Positions 47,090 to 55,944 of a DNA stretch of 64,000 nt are shown here, piece by piece. Both the position numbers and the translations under genes were made by a program. The notes under the pieces were generated by a model, which did no database searches, was not told the DNA's origin, and saw only the letters and a program-made list of their open reading frames with translations. The first letter of the stretch is position 1. Every line of letters starts with the position of its first letter. The stretch lies in the IMG/VR virus record IMGVR_UViG_3300017917_001342, positions 186,001 to 250,000 of that record; one strand, given 5' to 3'.

Positions 47090-47339
47090 TGCGTTCTGTT
47101 TGCTCTAGTTCATCGAGATATGCCCGTGCTTCTGCAATAGTACGACGTTTCGTATATTTGCCGTTTCCTGCACTAAGCAACCATATCATAAACAACACAG
47201 CACCGATCCATTGCAAGGGTTCAATACCAAGCAAATAGCCAGGCAACACCATAGCAAACACCATTAGCAAGCTGTAGGTGTCTGTAAGTATACTTTCGCG
47301 TAGAGTTTCGCGAACAATAACAACTTTAGTATTAGACAT
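47076..47339 (-). CDS. Small membrane protein
   Basis: Two hydrophobic helices; GGAG RBS. Confidence 0.7.
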   Translation of the reverse strand: MSNTKVVIVRETLRESILTDTYSLLMVFAMVLPGYLLGIEPLQWIGAVLFMIWLLSAGNGKYTKRRTIAEARAYLDELEQTERNGNQ

Positions 47340-47589
47340 TGATAGACTCCGCTAGTTTGATTAGATCTTCTTCGGTGCCCTGTTCAAACACTGTACCGTG
47401 GCCGCTGTCCACAACACGCAGTCCAGGCGCTGTAATAATCGTTGTGTATCCTTCATCAAGTAAACGCACAACCACGTCGCCTTTACGCCACATGTCAATG
47501 GTCCACATACCGCCCATAGTCTCATAACCACGCGGTACATAGTGTTCGCCAGTTTTGACAGTGTTTACAATAGTGCTAATTGCTTGCAT
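47332..47589 (-). CDS. Hypothetical protein
   Basis: GAGG RBS, tight packing. Confidence 0.7.
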   Translation of the reverse strand: MQAISTIVNTVKTGEHYVPRGYETMGGMWTIDMWRKGDVVVRLLDEGYTTIITAPGLRVVDSGHGTVFEQGTEEDLIKLAESINV

Positions 47590-47598
47590 GATGTCCTC

Positions 47599-47805
47599 TC
47601 AGTAGGGAGTTGCAGTCATGGGCTTAACAATAAGCCCACAACATTTGCAGTATGAAAAACTCAGATGATAATAAAAATGAAAATCGTCATCTCTAACATC
47701 ATCATATTCTCGATCTTCAATTTCCTGCGTAGTAACCACACGCGGCACAGTAACGACAACAATATTGCTATCGACTTTGCAGCAATCGAGCATTTCGTTT
47801 TCCAT
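47599..47805 (-). CDS. Small Cys-rich hypothetical protein
   Basis: DCC...YCKCCG. Confidence 0.65.
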   Translation of the reverse strand: MENEMLDCCKVDSNIVVVTVPRVVTTQEIEDREYDDVRDDDFHFYYHLSFSYCKCCGLIVKPMTATPY

Positions 47806-47814
47806 AGTAGCGTC

Positions 47815-48039
47815 TCACTCTTCCAAAAACTTTTGGATAAACTGATTGTGAAACTCTTGTCCCTGTGCCATTACAGTAGCAAGGTCGTCCGAGCCAGGCA
47901 ATGAGCAAGCCCAATTGGGCCAATACTTGCCTTCTTCGTAGCTAATGGTGATATACCCGCGATGTGATGCAGGAGTATCAGCAATCCACATGTCTCGCTT
48001 AATCCATTCAAGCTGCTTGATCTTCACGATAGACTCCAA
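47815..48039 (-). CDS. Hypothetical protein
   Basis: VKIKQLEW motif; tight packing. Confidence 0.65.
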   Translation of the reverse strand: MESIVKIKQLEWIKRDMWIADTPASHRGYITISYEEGKYWPNWACSLPGSDDLATVMAQGQEFHNQFIQKFLEE

Positions 48040-48167
48040 ATGATCAGTGCTACAATAGCAACTGTGTCAATTACTACAGCCAGTAGTAGCCAGAACACAA
48101 GAGGGATTTTGCGTTCTGGCTCTGCTTTTACAGGATATTTGTCAAACTGTGGATTGTAATCATCCAT
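48024..48167 (-). CDS. Small single-pass membrane protein
   Basis: MDDYNPQF...IPLVFWLLLAVVIDTVAIVALIIWSLS; start reassigned. Confidence 0.55.
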   Translation of the reverse strand: MDDYNPQFDKYPVKAEPERKIPLVFWLLLAVVIDTVAIVALIIWSLS

Positions 48168-48172
48168 TGTGT

Positions 48173-48382
48173 TTACCGTTGTGCTTGAGGTTGTGCATTG
48201 TGATCTTCCTCGAGATCGCGATAGTGATCTTCGAGTTCCCATTCCTGACGCCACAGTTCGCGGGCAGTGTTGCCGTAGCCAAAGCCTGCGTAATACTCGT
48301 CGTCATAGAGATCATCTTCAGTATCGTAGAGACGATCTTCTGCGGTAATTGTAGCAAATTTACCAAGAGTTGCCATTTCCAT
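48173..48382 (-). CDS. Small acidic hypothetical protein
   Basis: AAGGA RBS, 69 aa, D/E-rich. Confidence 0.65.
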   Translation of the reverse strand: MEMATLGKFATITAEDRLYDTEDDLYDDEYYAGFGYGNTARELWRQEWELEDHYRDLEEDHNAQPQAQR

Positions 48383-48400
48383 AGTCCTTTCGCTGTTTGA

Positions 48401-48832
48401 TTATTTTTCGCTAACAATCCAAGCTGCAACAACTTTACGACGCAGCTTGGGAAACTCTGCAACCGGAACCGGTCGCTTGGTCCAATTGTCCCCCGCAAAT
48501 CCCATATGGCATGTCATCATATGATCGTTAGTTGCAAACATGATAGGCATGCAATATTCAAAGGGTGTACGACCTTTAAAGAACTGTTCAATCGTGGGAG
48601 GCGTGGGATATTTAGCAGCAAGATCAATGGGTGTTGCCTTGTACCCCTGTTCACGAAGCAGCAACACCGCTTCTTCAAGATGCACACCTTCGACATCTTT
48701 GAGCGGCTTGTTTTGCATAAACGCTGCTCGCACATGCATGTGACCAACAGGTGCACCAGTGAGCATTGCAACAGCACTGGGAACACACCATGCAGTGTGC
48801 TCCCAACCATCCAAATTCAAAGTATGCAGCAT
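48401..48832 (-). CDS. Hypothetical protein, possible papain-like (C39-type) fold
   Basis: WCVPSAVAMLTG...DHMM...GDN spacing suggests a Cys-His-Asp triad. Confidence 0.5.
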   Translation of the reverse strand: MLHTLNLDGWEHTAWCVPSAVAMLTGAPVGHMHVRAAFMQNKPLKDVEGVHLEEAVLLLREQGYKATPIDLAAKYPTPPTIEQFFKGRTPFEYCMPIMFATNDHMMTCHMGFAGDNWTKRPVPVAEFPKLRRKVVAAWIVSEK

Positions 48833-48888
48833 AACATTCTCGCTTTGCGCTGTGTTAACGTATTACGTAATTACTGCCTACAACTGTC

Positions 48889-48920
48889 AGTGTCAAGCAC
48901 TGTGACCAATGCTTGACACT
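48889..48920. terminator. 11-bp inverted repeat overlapping a -35 box
   Basis: AGTGTCAAGCA-10 nt-TGCTTGACACT. Confidence 0.6.
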
Positions 48921-48926
48921 TTTTAT

Positions 48927-49724
48927 TTAGGCAATCATACGCTTAGAACCAGCGCCAATCGCACGCCCAAGGTTAACACGTTCGCCTGCGGCTGCACCTG
49001 CACTGTGCGCAGTATGGTTTGAACCGTAGCTGAAGCTAGCACCCCTGCGCAGTCGAGTGTACTTGGTACGATACGCTTCATCAACTTCTTTGCGCTTTTG
49101 TTCAGCAATTTCGCAAACAACCATCGCAGTGCTGCTGGAGGTAGCAGCGTTTTCGATTTGCAGTTGCTCAGCTTTGCGCTTGTTGGCTTGACGCTCAAGC
49201 TCGGCATCCTGTGCCATGCGGTACAGCCGGTTGCTGATACGGTTCACCATCGACATTTGGAAGCTGGCCTTAGCGCCGCCGCCAACGCTGACATTGCTGC
49301 GACGATAGTTTTCGTATTCGCGTTCCATTGCTTCTTTGATCACAGCAATCAGATAGTTTGCAAGTTCAGTGTCCGGGCGATGTCCCGTGAACGTGATGTT
49401 GCCACTGTAGGTATCATACACGCTCTTGGTCTGAGTAAACGCACAAATACCACCCAGCGCCATAACAACTTTGTGGCGATGCTTGTTGCCAACCAACGCA
49501 CTGGTATCCGACTTTTTGTGAACGATATCCAGCGTAATACGACCTTCAGTTTCGGCCAGCGCCAGTTCAGCTTCTTCGATGTTGTAAGCATCCATCAGCT
49601 TTGCAGCAACCGCAAACGCAGCTTGCATTTCAGCTTCGCTGGAACCATCGTTTTCAGCTTTTGCACGAAGGTTCAGTACACGTTGCAGCATCTTGTCGCG
49701 CTTAGACTGTTCAGTGTCGGACAT
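48927..49724 (-). CDS. DUF2786-like domain protein
   Basis: KMLQRVLNLRAKAE...EAEMQAAFAVAAKLMDAYNI N-terminus; C-terminal AGAAAGERVNL. Confidence 0.75.
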   Translation of the reverse strand: MSDTEQSKRDKMLQRVLNLRAKAENDGSSEAEMQAAFAVAAKLMDAYNIEEAELALAETEGRITLDIVHKKSDTSALVGNKHRHKVVMALGGICAFTQTKSVYDTYSGNITFTGHRPDTELANYLIAVIKEAMEREYENYRRSNVSVGGGAKASFQMSMVNRISNRLYRMAQDAELERQANKRKAEQLQIENAATSSSTAMVVCEIAEQKRKEVDEAYRTKYTRLRRGASFSYGSNHTAHSAGAAAGERVNLGRAIGAGSKRMIA

Positions 49725-49784
49725 TTTGTATTTCCTACGTTGTGTTACGTTATGTCAGTTGTATAGCAGAGCGGTAAAAGGTGG

Positions 49785-50084
49785 TCAACCGTATTTTAAC
49801 AGTAATTCTAAGAATTTTTCCTGTGAGAGATCTACTAGTTTAGCCCATTCCTCAAATGGATAAGGCTTGTCATGCAAGTACCACGAAACTGTACCATCTT
49901 CTCTGGTAACAGCCGGACCATCGGTTCTATGTATCTGGCCGTAGTAGTACCATCGTTCGTGTGGGCTATAGTCTCTGCAAACAGCAGGACCGTCAGTTCT
50001 GTGTAATACCTTATCTGGCTTGTGTGTACCAGTTACATGGTAATACAGTGTTAATCCACTGCGTAGTTTAACAATTTCCTGCAT
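49785..50084 (-). CDS. HRxDGPA-repeat protein
   Basis: Two HRTDGPAV repeats; ends LLKYG. Confidence 0.8.
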   Translation of the reverse strand: MQEIVKLRSGLTLYYHVTGTHKPDKVLHRTDGPAVCRDYSPHERWYYYGQIHRTDGPAVTREDGTVSWYLHDKPYPFEEWAKLVDLSQEKFLELLLKYG

Positions 50085-50086
50085 AG

Positions 50087-50449
50087 TTAACCATATTGCA
50101 AAATCATAGCCAGTCGCTGTTCTTGATAGATCATTGGCACACGTTTGATATACTCTTCGAATCGTAACTTTTTACCGTCTAGCCACCATTCTACGCTGCC
50201 GTCATCATGCTCAACTGCCGGACCGAGAAGTCGATGCAGATGATTCCAATAACGCCATTCAAGTATACCTGTAGTTTTGGTATAAATCGCAGGGCCGTCG
50301 AGTCTATGGATAGTATTATTTTGATACCACACATAAGACCCATCTGGATATTCCAGTGCAGGTCCGTCAACTCGATGCAATTTACCGTTGACTTTCCAAC
50401 GCTTTACACCGGCTCTGCTAACAGTCAATGTCGGAGTCTTTTTAGTCAT
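50087..50449 (-). CDS. HRxDGPA-repeat protein (paralogue)
   Basis: HRVDGPA, HRLDGPA, HRLLGPA; ends ILQYG. Confidence 0.8.
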   Translation of the reverse strand: MTKKTPTLTVSRAGVKRWKVNGKLHRVDGPALEYPDGSYVWYQNNTIHRLDGPAIYTKTTGILEWRYWNHLHRLLGPAVEHDDGSVEWWLDGKKLRFEEYIKRVPMIYQEQRLAMILQYG

Positions 50450-51204
50450 ACATCGTCTCGCAGTGTTTTATTACGTTCAACTGCCCATGCTGCATAGGAT
50501 TCTGCAATTTGCATATCGGTCATTAGTGTAGACATTGCCGCAGTGTCTTTTGGTAAACAACCACCGCCGAATCCATATCTACCATCCGGTCCTGGCTGAT
50601 CCCAATAGCCTTTGCCAAGTCTAGGATCCATGTCTAATACTTGTTTAACGCCGCGCCAATTAAGATTCAATGCATCGCAGGTTTTTCTAATGTCGTTTAC
50701 AATTACAGTTCTAACAGCAAGATAAGAATTGACAGCCAGTTTTGCCATAGCTGCATCTTTTGCACTGCCAATATGTGTTATTGGTATTGTTGCAAAATCT
50801 TGCATAAACTCTGCAACATTGTCACCGCCTACAATTGACATCAATGGAGTTACTGCATCAGTAGTCCAAGTGGCTTTACGTAGAAACTCTGGCCATACAA
50901 TAGCAGTGTTGTCGAGTTTTAAACTGTCGCAATCAACAGGCGACATCGTACTGCGTATCACCGTAACACCTAAAAAACCCTGTTGTGCAGCAAGATCTAA
51001 TGCGTTGATTACAGCAGATGTATCGTGTGTATGCTCGGAATTCAGCGGCGTTGGTACACAGACAAAATGATACTTTGCACTTTTCCAGTCTACAATAGAC
51101 TCTGGCAATTTTGGATCATTTATGTATACTGAGATGTGATTTTGCAAAGCGACTAGTTCAGTTGCTTTACCTACATATCCATATCCGCTAATAACACAGT
51201 TCAT
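50446..51204 (-). CDS. UDP-glucose/GDP-mannose dehydrogenase-like protein lacking the C-terminal domain
   Basis: GYGYVG, VCVPTP, IRST, PEFLR, AKLAVNSYLA, DPRLG, GFGGGCLPKD. Confidence 0.88.
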   Translation of the reverse strand: MNCVISGYGYVGKATELVALQNHISVYINDPKLPESIVDWKSAKYHFVCVPTPLNSEHTHDTSAVINALDLAAQQGFLGVTVIRSTMSPVDCDSLKLDNTAIVWPEFLRKATWTTDAVTPLMSIVGGDNVAEFMQDFATIPITHIGSAKDAAMAKLAVNSYLAVRTVIVNDIRKTCDALNLNWRGVKQVLDMDPRLGKGYWDQPGPDGRYGFGGGCLPKDTAAMSTLMTDMQIAESYAAWAVERNKTLRDDV

Positions 51205-51542
51205 TAGACAATATCAGTTGTTTCAAGTTTACCCAATTCAATGCGAAGAATCTGTTCTGGTGCGTACCAAACGCTGTCAATTTTGATACCTTTAGTACCG
51301 CATTTTGCCAGCCATTCGTTTACTTTATCTTCAGCATCTACACGAATATTACCAAGCCCGCCAATGTTGTAATCTTCAAATGTAATGGTGCGTTCAAACG
51401 GCGGTCTAACATCTTTGATATAGATCACCAGATGCTGAGTATGACGTTGCAAAGGAGTAGTTTCGTCCCAGGCGTCGTAGGCTTTTTGTGCATCATCTCG
51501 CGGATCCCACAGCCATTTAAGTGTAGCAAACAGTCCCATCAT
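51204..51542 (-). CDS. Hypothetical protein
   Basis: GGAGG RBS; ATG overlaps the upstream stop. Confidence 0.7.
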   Translation of the reverse strand: MMGLFATLKWLWDPRDDAQKAYDAWDETTPLQRHTQHLVIYIKDVRPPFERTITFEDYNIGGLGNIRVDAEDKVNEWLAKCGTKGIKIDSVWYAPEQILRIELGKLETTDIV

Positions 51543-51901
51543 GCCTCCATCACATAGGGTTTGTCCCAACGACCAACGTTGATGTCAATGTAGTGCGAAC
51601 GGTGGAAGTAATCAGTTTGTGCATCGCTGTGGTCGAAGAAATCCGGACCTTTCATTGCAGCATAGACTTCTTTGAGAAAGTCTTTGGCTTTGCCAGTGTA
51701 GTGATCTTCGAGCCAGTACACGTTGACGTCAATATGACCATTGTGTGCATCTTGACCAAAATCAAGCACACCGCTTTTGATATTCAGTACCAGCGTGCTG
51801 TGATGATGCACGCTCAGCGTGCCTTTCATGTTGTATTTTTTGAGAACAGCTTTGATTGCCGGAGCCAGTTGCGCTTTCATCTCTTGAGAAACGTAAGCCA
51901 T
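51539..51901 (-). CDS. Hypothetical early protein (possibly LPD29-like)
   Basis: MAYVSQE...DHSDAQTDYF...INVGRWDKPY; own promoter; family call tentative. Confidence 0.65.
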   Translation of the reverse strand: MAYVSQEMKAQLAPAIKAVLKKYNMKGTLSVHHHSTLVLNIKSGVLDFGQDAHNGHIDVNVYWLEDHYTGKAKDFLKEVYAAMKGPDFFDHSDAQTDYFHRSHYIDINVGRWDKPYVMEA

Positions 51902-51982
51902 TGCGTAAGTCCTTGTGCTGTGTTGCTGCGTTGTGTTATACATAGCACCAGGCAAAGGTACGGTCAACCGTTTTATAAAAAT

Positions 51983-52004
51983 AAAGGGGGTATAAACCCC
52001 CTTT
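51983..52004. terminator. Intrinsic terminator
   Basis: AAAGGGGGT-ATAA-ACCCCCTTT with A/T tracts on both sides. Confidence 0.8.
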
Positions 52005-52006
52005 TT

Positions 52007-52705
52007 TTAAGAAATAACTTCTACGTCTATGTGTTTTTCTTTTGACGTAAAGATTTCGTCCGGATACAGGTGGTGTTCACGACGATTGCGTTCTTCGTCT
52101 TTGAATCCGATCCCCATGATAAGCAGTATGTTGCCTTTTACACCTAGCAATTCTTGAACTTTTGCTACGTCAAAACATTGGCAGCAACCTGTTGAGTAAC
52201 CCATGAGTGATGCAGTGAGGTTCATATAACCTGCTGCAATACCAACTGCAATAGAACGATCTCGCTTGTAATCTTCTGACAACATAGTAACAAGTTGTTG
52301 CTTGTCATTGTCGTAATATTCAAGATGCAAACCTGTTACACGTTCGCTCATCACCTGGTGATATGCAGCCGCTGCGGGACTGTGTTCTAGGTCTTCGGCA
52401 TTGAAATCTTCTACTAACACAACTAATAGATTTGCTAGTAATTGTGCCTGAGTCTTCATGCTGAATTCGCTAGTGTGTTTGTTAACCACACCGCCCAACA
52501 TAGAAGTGTCATGAATTTGTCTAATAAGGTCTCTATTTGTTACAAATATAGGTTTATAAAATGTAACGTTTTGCTTAGACGGGCATTCAGTTACAGCAGT
52601 CTTAATTACTTCTAGATCTTCTTCGGGGATTGATTTTGAGAGATCCCAATTGCGTTGGCAACGCTGGCTGCGACGCACTGCCTTTATCAATGTTGTGTTA
52701 TCCAT
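52007..52705 (-). CDS. Nitroreductase-family protein
   Basis: RRSQRCQRNWD...IPEEDL, CPSKQN, LTASLMGYSTG, LLIMGIG; TAAATA upstream at 52740 and 52755. Confidence 0.8.
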   Translation of the reverse strand: MDNTTLIKAVRRSQRCQRNWDLSKSIPEEDLEVIKTAVTECPSKQNVTFYKPIFVTNRDLIRQIHDTSMLGGVVNKHTSEFSMKTQAQLLANLLVVLVEDFNAEDLEHSPAAAAYHQVMSERVTGLHLEYYDNDKQQLVTMLSEDYKRDRSIAVGIAAGYMNLTASLMGYSTGCCQCFDVAKVQELLGVKGNILLIMGIGFKDEERNRREHHLYPDEIFTSKEKHIDVEVIS

Positions 52706-52781
52706 AATAACCTCTCTTTCATATACAGGTCTGGCTAGATATTTAGTGCGCAGTTATTTAAATCTGAGGTTATTATCACAA

Positions 52782-53513
52782 TTAGAGCAAATATTTTTTT
52801 ATCAGAGATTTTACTTTGCCTGCAAAGTTTTGTTTCTCTTCTCTAGTACTCATAGTGTCTATTAGATGTTTAGATTCATCGTAGAATTTATATGCACGGC
52901 TAAACAATCTATTGTATTGACGCTGTCCTTCGGGACCTTCTTGGAATAAACCGCGCCCTAGTTTTTGATTAGATAATGCAAGTCTTATGACTTCTTTTGA
53001 TTCCTGTGCAGTACCTACACGGCCTATGGTTTTTAAACTTTCCATTTCGCCATTGACGATATCAAGCAATGCCTGTGCAAAACGTGCATTGATTTCCTGC
53101 GGTTGTCTTAGATAGGTTTTATATGAATCATCATCACTTTGACGTCGAAGTGCTTTGCCTCGACTTTTGTAATCATCTAATGCATGTTGTATCTCGTGTG
53201 TAAGCACACTGATCAACTCGGTTCTATAATGAACAAGCCGGCGATCTAATGACACAAGATTGTATCTTGGATCATACCAACCTACTACGCCCTTTTCTGG
53301 TTTATGTAGTGCAAATTGTAATTGCTGATCGAACAACAGGTTAATCATATAACCAGAATAGAACTGCGGCAACGCCCCCGGCATTTCGCTTAGTGTTACA
53401 ACGTGTTTTGGTTTATTTTCAATTAGCCAATCAGCAACGTATTTAGAAATACGTAGTAGATCTACGCTGTCTTCAGTGGCTTCATCTAGTGTGTCGAATT
53501 CAAATATGCGCAT
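52782..53513 (-). CDS. Zincin-like metallopeptidase domain protein with internal-protein-type leader
   Basis: THEIQHALD...EINARF; leader MRIFEFDTLDE/A; TAAATA at 53519-53524, 5 nt from the ATG. Confidence 0.8.
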   Translation of the reverse strand: MRIFEFDTLDEATEDSVDLLRISKYVADWLIENKPKHVVTLSEMPGALPQFYSGYMINLLFDQQLQFALHKPEKGVVGWYDPRYNLVSLDRRLVHYRTELISVLTHEIQHALDDYKSRGKALRRQSDDDSYKTYLRQPQEINARFAQALLDIVNGEMESLKTIGRVGTAQESKEVIRLALSNQKLGRGLFQEGPEGQRQYNRLFSRAYKFYDESKHLIDTMSTREEKQNFAGKVKSLIKKYLL

Positions 53514-53546
53514 GCTGATATTTAGTCAGCATGCGCACACTTTTGA

Positions 53547-53921
53547 TTAACCAAACTTGGCTTTGAGACGTTCGTATTCGGCACGTTCACGTTCTGCTTG
53601 TTCAGCTTCGCGACGTTTGATGTCCTCGATGCGAGCGTTGTACTCTTCATCGGTTTCCATACGCTTACCAACAAACTTCCAAACGATACGTTCACCGTCG
53701 TAGTCATTTACCCAGTCTTTGTCAAGCTTGATGTCTTTGAACTTGTCGCCGTAATCCTTGCGGATTTCTTCAACACGAGCAACGATTTCGTCAAGTGTGT
53801 AACCATCCCAATCCATGGTTACTTCAATAAACACTTTGCGACCAAAGCTGGTGTAATCCTCACCAAGGCTCGCTGTGATTTCTTTGCGATCCATTTCATT
53901 TACTTTGCGAGCCTTGGTCAT
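53547..53921 (-). CDS. Hypothetical protein
   Basis: RMETDEEYNAR...ERAEYERLKAKFG; own promoter and AGGAG. Confidence 0.75.
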   Translation of the reverse strand: MTKARKVNEMDRKEITASLGEDYTSFGRKVFIEVTMDWDGYTLDEIVARVEEIRKDYGDKFKDIKLDKDWVNDYDGERIVWKFVGKRMETDEEYNARIEDIKRREAEQAERERAEYERLKAKFG

Positions 53922-53992
53922 GTTAGTCTCCTAATGTGTGTTGTGATTTACACTTAACATCTATAGATCTGTTGTCAACAGGTATTTTAGAG

Positions 53993-54298
53993 TTAAACCC
54001 CGATACTGTCTGCCAAAATACCTGCATCGTGCAAATACTTAAGTACAGTATCATTCGGTGTCACCCAAAACTGTTCTAGGTTGTTGTCGTTAATTTCTAG
54101 AATTCGAGTCCTCACCTCAGGATACGCAGTGCAGATTTTATCAAATCGATCATACAGTTTCATACATTGTTCGGTAGTTAACCCATATTCTTTGCGAGAT
54201 GCCCTAGCCATAAATGCCATATGAATAATCAACTGATCGATATTGCCAGTGGGCTCTGTAGGTGCTGCTTTAAGATCATTAAAAGTCATAGTAGTCAA
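53993..54298 (-). CDS. Hypothetical protein
   Basis: Own promoter; likely ATG at 54289. Confidence 0.7.
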   Translation of the reverse strand: MTTMTFNDLKAAPTEPTGNIDQLIIHMAFMARASRKEYGLTTEQCMKLYDRFDKICTAYPEVRTRILEINDNNLEQFWVTPNDTVLKYLHDAGILADSIGV

Positions 54299-54356
54299 CC
54301 TTATGTGATTAAATTTTACACTGCACTACTAGCATCTACTAATGCAGTGTCAACCG

Positions 54357-54692
54357 TTAACTGCCAGTAATCAGTTCAATATCGCCAGTATCTAGAAGAA
54401 CAAAATCTTCTACAAAGATTCGATCAAAGTTACCACTTAGTCGAATAGCAGTGTCGGCAGCAATGTAGAGATCCTTCCATGTATAGCCATCAATATCTAC
54501 GGCAACTTCAAAACCTTTGCCGCGATAGATAAGCATCGGTTCGAGTTCTTCCAGAATAGGTGCTTCTTGATCAAATTTAATACCTTCACCATACATGCTG
54601 AATACAGCATAGAGATCATGTTCTTCTGCAAATTCACGGAAATAGTCGTACTCAACATCGAACGAATCAAGCGGCATAATAGGTCCTTTCAT
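54357..54692 (-). CDS. Acidic hypothetical protein
   Basis: TWKDLYIAAD...IFVEDF...LITGS; start uncertain. Confidence 0.65.
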   Translation of the reverse strand: MKGPIMPLDSFDVEYDYFREFAEEHDLYAVFSMYGEGIKFDQEAPILEELEPMLIYRGKGFEVAVDIDGYTWKDLYIAADTAIRLSGNFDRIFVEDFVLLDTGDIELITGS

Positions 54693-54739
54693 TTTGCCAA
54701 GATAAACAATGTACTGTAGCCATTAACAAAGATCAACAC

Positions 54740-55291
54740 TTACCATACATCCCAGATATGTTTCTTACCAAGGTAGGTATCTGGATAGGGAAGATGATCC
54801 CAGTCTTCGTCTTTAAGAATACGACGTTCAAGTCGACGAACAGCATTGCGCACAGTTTCTTTGCTGAGAGTTTTGTACGCAGTGTTGCATCCAGTTTCGT
54901 TCCAATAGCCATCGCGGGTAAGTTTTGCATACTTGCGCTTAGCTTCGGCAATTTCTTTATCAACATCAATGGGAGCATTTTCATAACGATATTTGCTCAC
55001 ATAGTATTTGTATTTTTCAGGCAGCGCACGAAGATAGCAGTCGTACATAACGCTGCCAGGATTAGTGTGACAGTACCAAAACTGTTTACGAACTGCACGG
55101 CAGTCAGCTTCGTAGCGTGCATTGGCAGCAGCAAGATCACGCTGATATTCGGCGTCGGTCTTGCGAATTTTGATTTGTGTAGTTAGTTCGCCGTAGCGAT
55201 GGTAACGACGATACAGCCAGTTGAGTTCGTCGTTGACGAATGCAACTTCAGTCTCGTAGCGAGACTTGGGTTTACGGTAAGTTCTGCTCAT
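54740..55291 (-). CDS. Basic Arg/Tyr-rich hypothetical protein
   Basis: MSRTYRK... with an AAGGAG RBS inside a hairpin. Confidence 0.8.
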   Translation of the reverse strand: MSRTYRKPKSRYETEVAFVNDELNWLYRRYHRYGELTTQIKIRKTDAEYQRDLAAANARYEADCRAVRKQFWYCHTNPGSVMYDCYLRALPEKYKYYVSKYRYENAPIDVDKEIAEAKRKYAKLTRDGYWNETGCNTAYKTLSKETVRNAVRRLERRILKDEDWDHLPYPDTYLGKKHIWDVW

Positions 55292-55294
55292 TTT

Positions 55295-55349
55295 GACTCC
55301 TTTTAAGCTAGATAGCTTAGAAGTCGTCGTAAAACTTTCTATAGTGCAT
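55295..55349 (-). promoter_or_regulatory. Leader peptide (MHYRKFYDDF*) plus RBS-sequestering hairpin
   Basis: uORF 55349-55317 with its own AAGGA RBS; GACTTC-TAAGCT...AGCTTA-AAA-GGAGTC stem covers the downstream SD. Confidence 0.65.
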
Positions 55350-55412
55350 AGTCTGTTCCTTTTTGTTATTAATCAAACATTAGCAAAAAGCTGTAGTTAA
55401 TGCAAGAAAAAT

Positions 55413-55679
55413 TTAATATCCTAGACGTTCACAAAGTGCATCCATGCCGGTTGTAGTACCTTTGATTTCGGGTAGTGCTTGCCAGCGGCGATATTGTTTA
55501 CACAATTCAACAGTGCCGTTTTGTAAACCAGCTGTATTGGTTTCTATCGCTGTAGATTTGTCTGTCTTTGTAAACACAGTACGATGGTATGCAGTGTCAG
55601 CTATGTAAAAACACAAGTTGATACCAGCTAAAAACAATACTAACAGTATTGCATCTAGTGGGTCGTTCTTTTTATGCAT
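55413..55679 (-). CDS. Small membrane-anchored protein
   Basis: MHKKNDPLDAILLVLFLAGINLCFYIA; start reassigned. Confidence 0.6.
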   Translation of the reverse strand: MHKKNDPLDAILLVLFLAGINLCFYIADTAYHRTVFTKTDKSTAIETNTAGLQNGTVELCKQYRRWQALPEIKGTTTGMDALCERLGY

Positions 55680-55680
55680 T

Positions 55681-55923
55681 TTAGTTACCGTTATCCAGTT
55701 GTTGACATTGTGCATTAAACACAAATCGTTGATAGTCGTCAGCTTTAGCATTGAGAAACGCTAGTGTTTTGTCAATGCTGTCTTTGCTATACTTGTCAAA
55801 TGCTTCTTTTTTAGACCACTCTTTAATGTCATTGGTTACAGCACTGTAGGCATCTTGAAACATCTCTAATACACGGTTTGCATCTTTTTCTGTTTCAACA
55901 TCTACATACACACGATATGCCAT
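55681..55923 (-). CDS. Hypothetical protein
   Basis: AGGAGG RBS. Confidence 0.75.
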   Translation of the reverse strand: MAYRVYVDVETEKDANRVLEMFQDAYSAVTNDIKEWSKKEAFDKYSKDSIDKTLAFLNAKADDYQRFVFNAQCQQLDNGN

Positions 55924-55944
55924 ACTGACCTCCTAACAACAATA

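Noticed and set aside
50880-50900. WPEFLR in the UDP-glucose dehydrogenase-like ORF as another WPEL module
   Set aside because: It is the family's own PEFLR motif and lacks the helical module context; WPEA (13411 ORF) and WPEG (41783 ORF) were also excluded from the count
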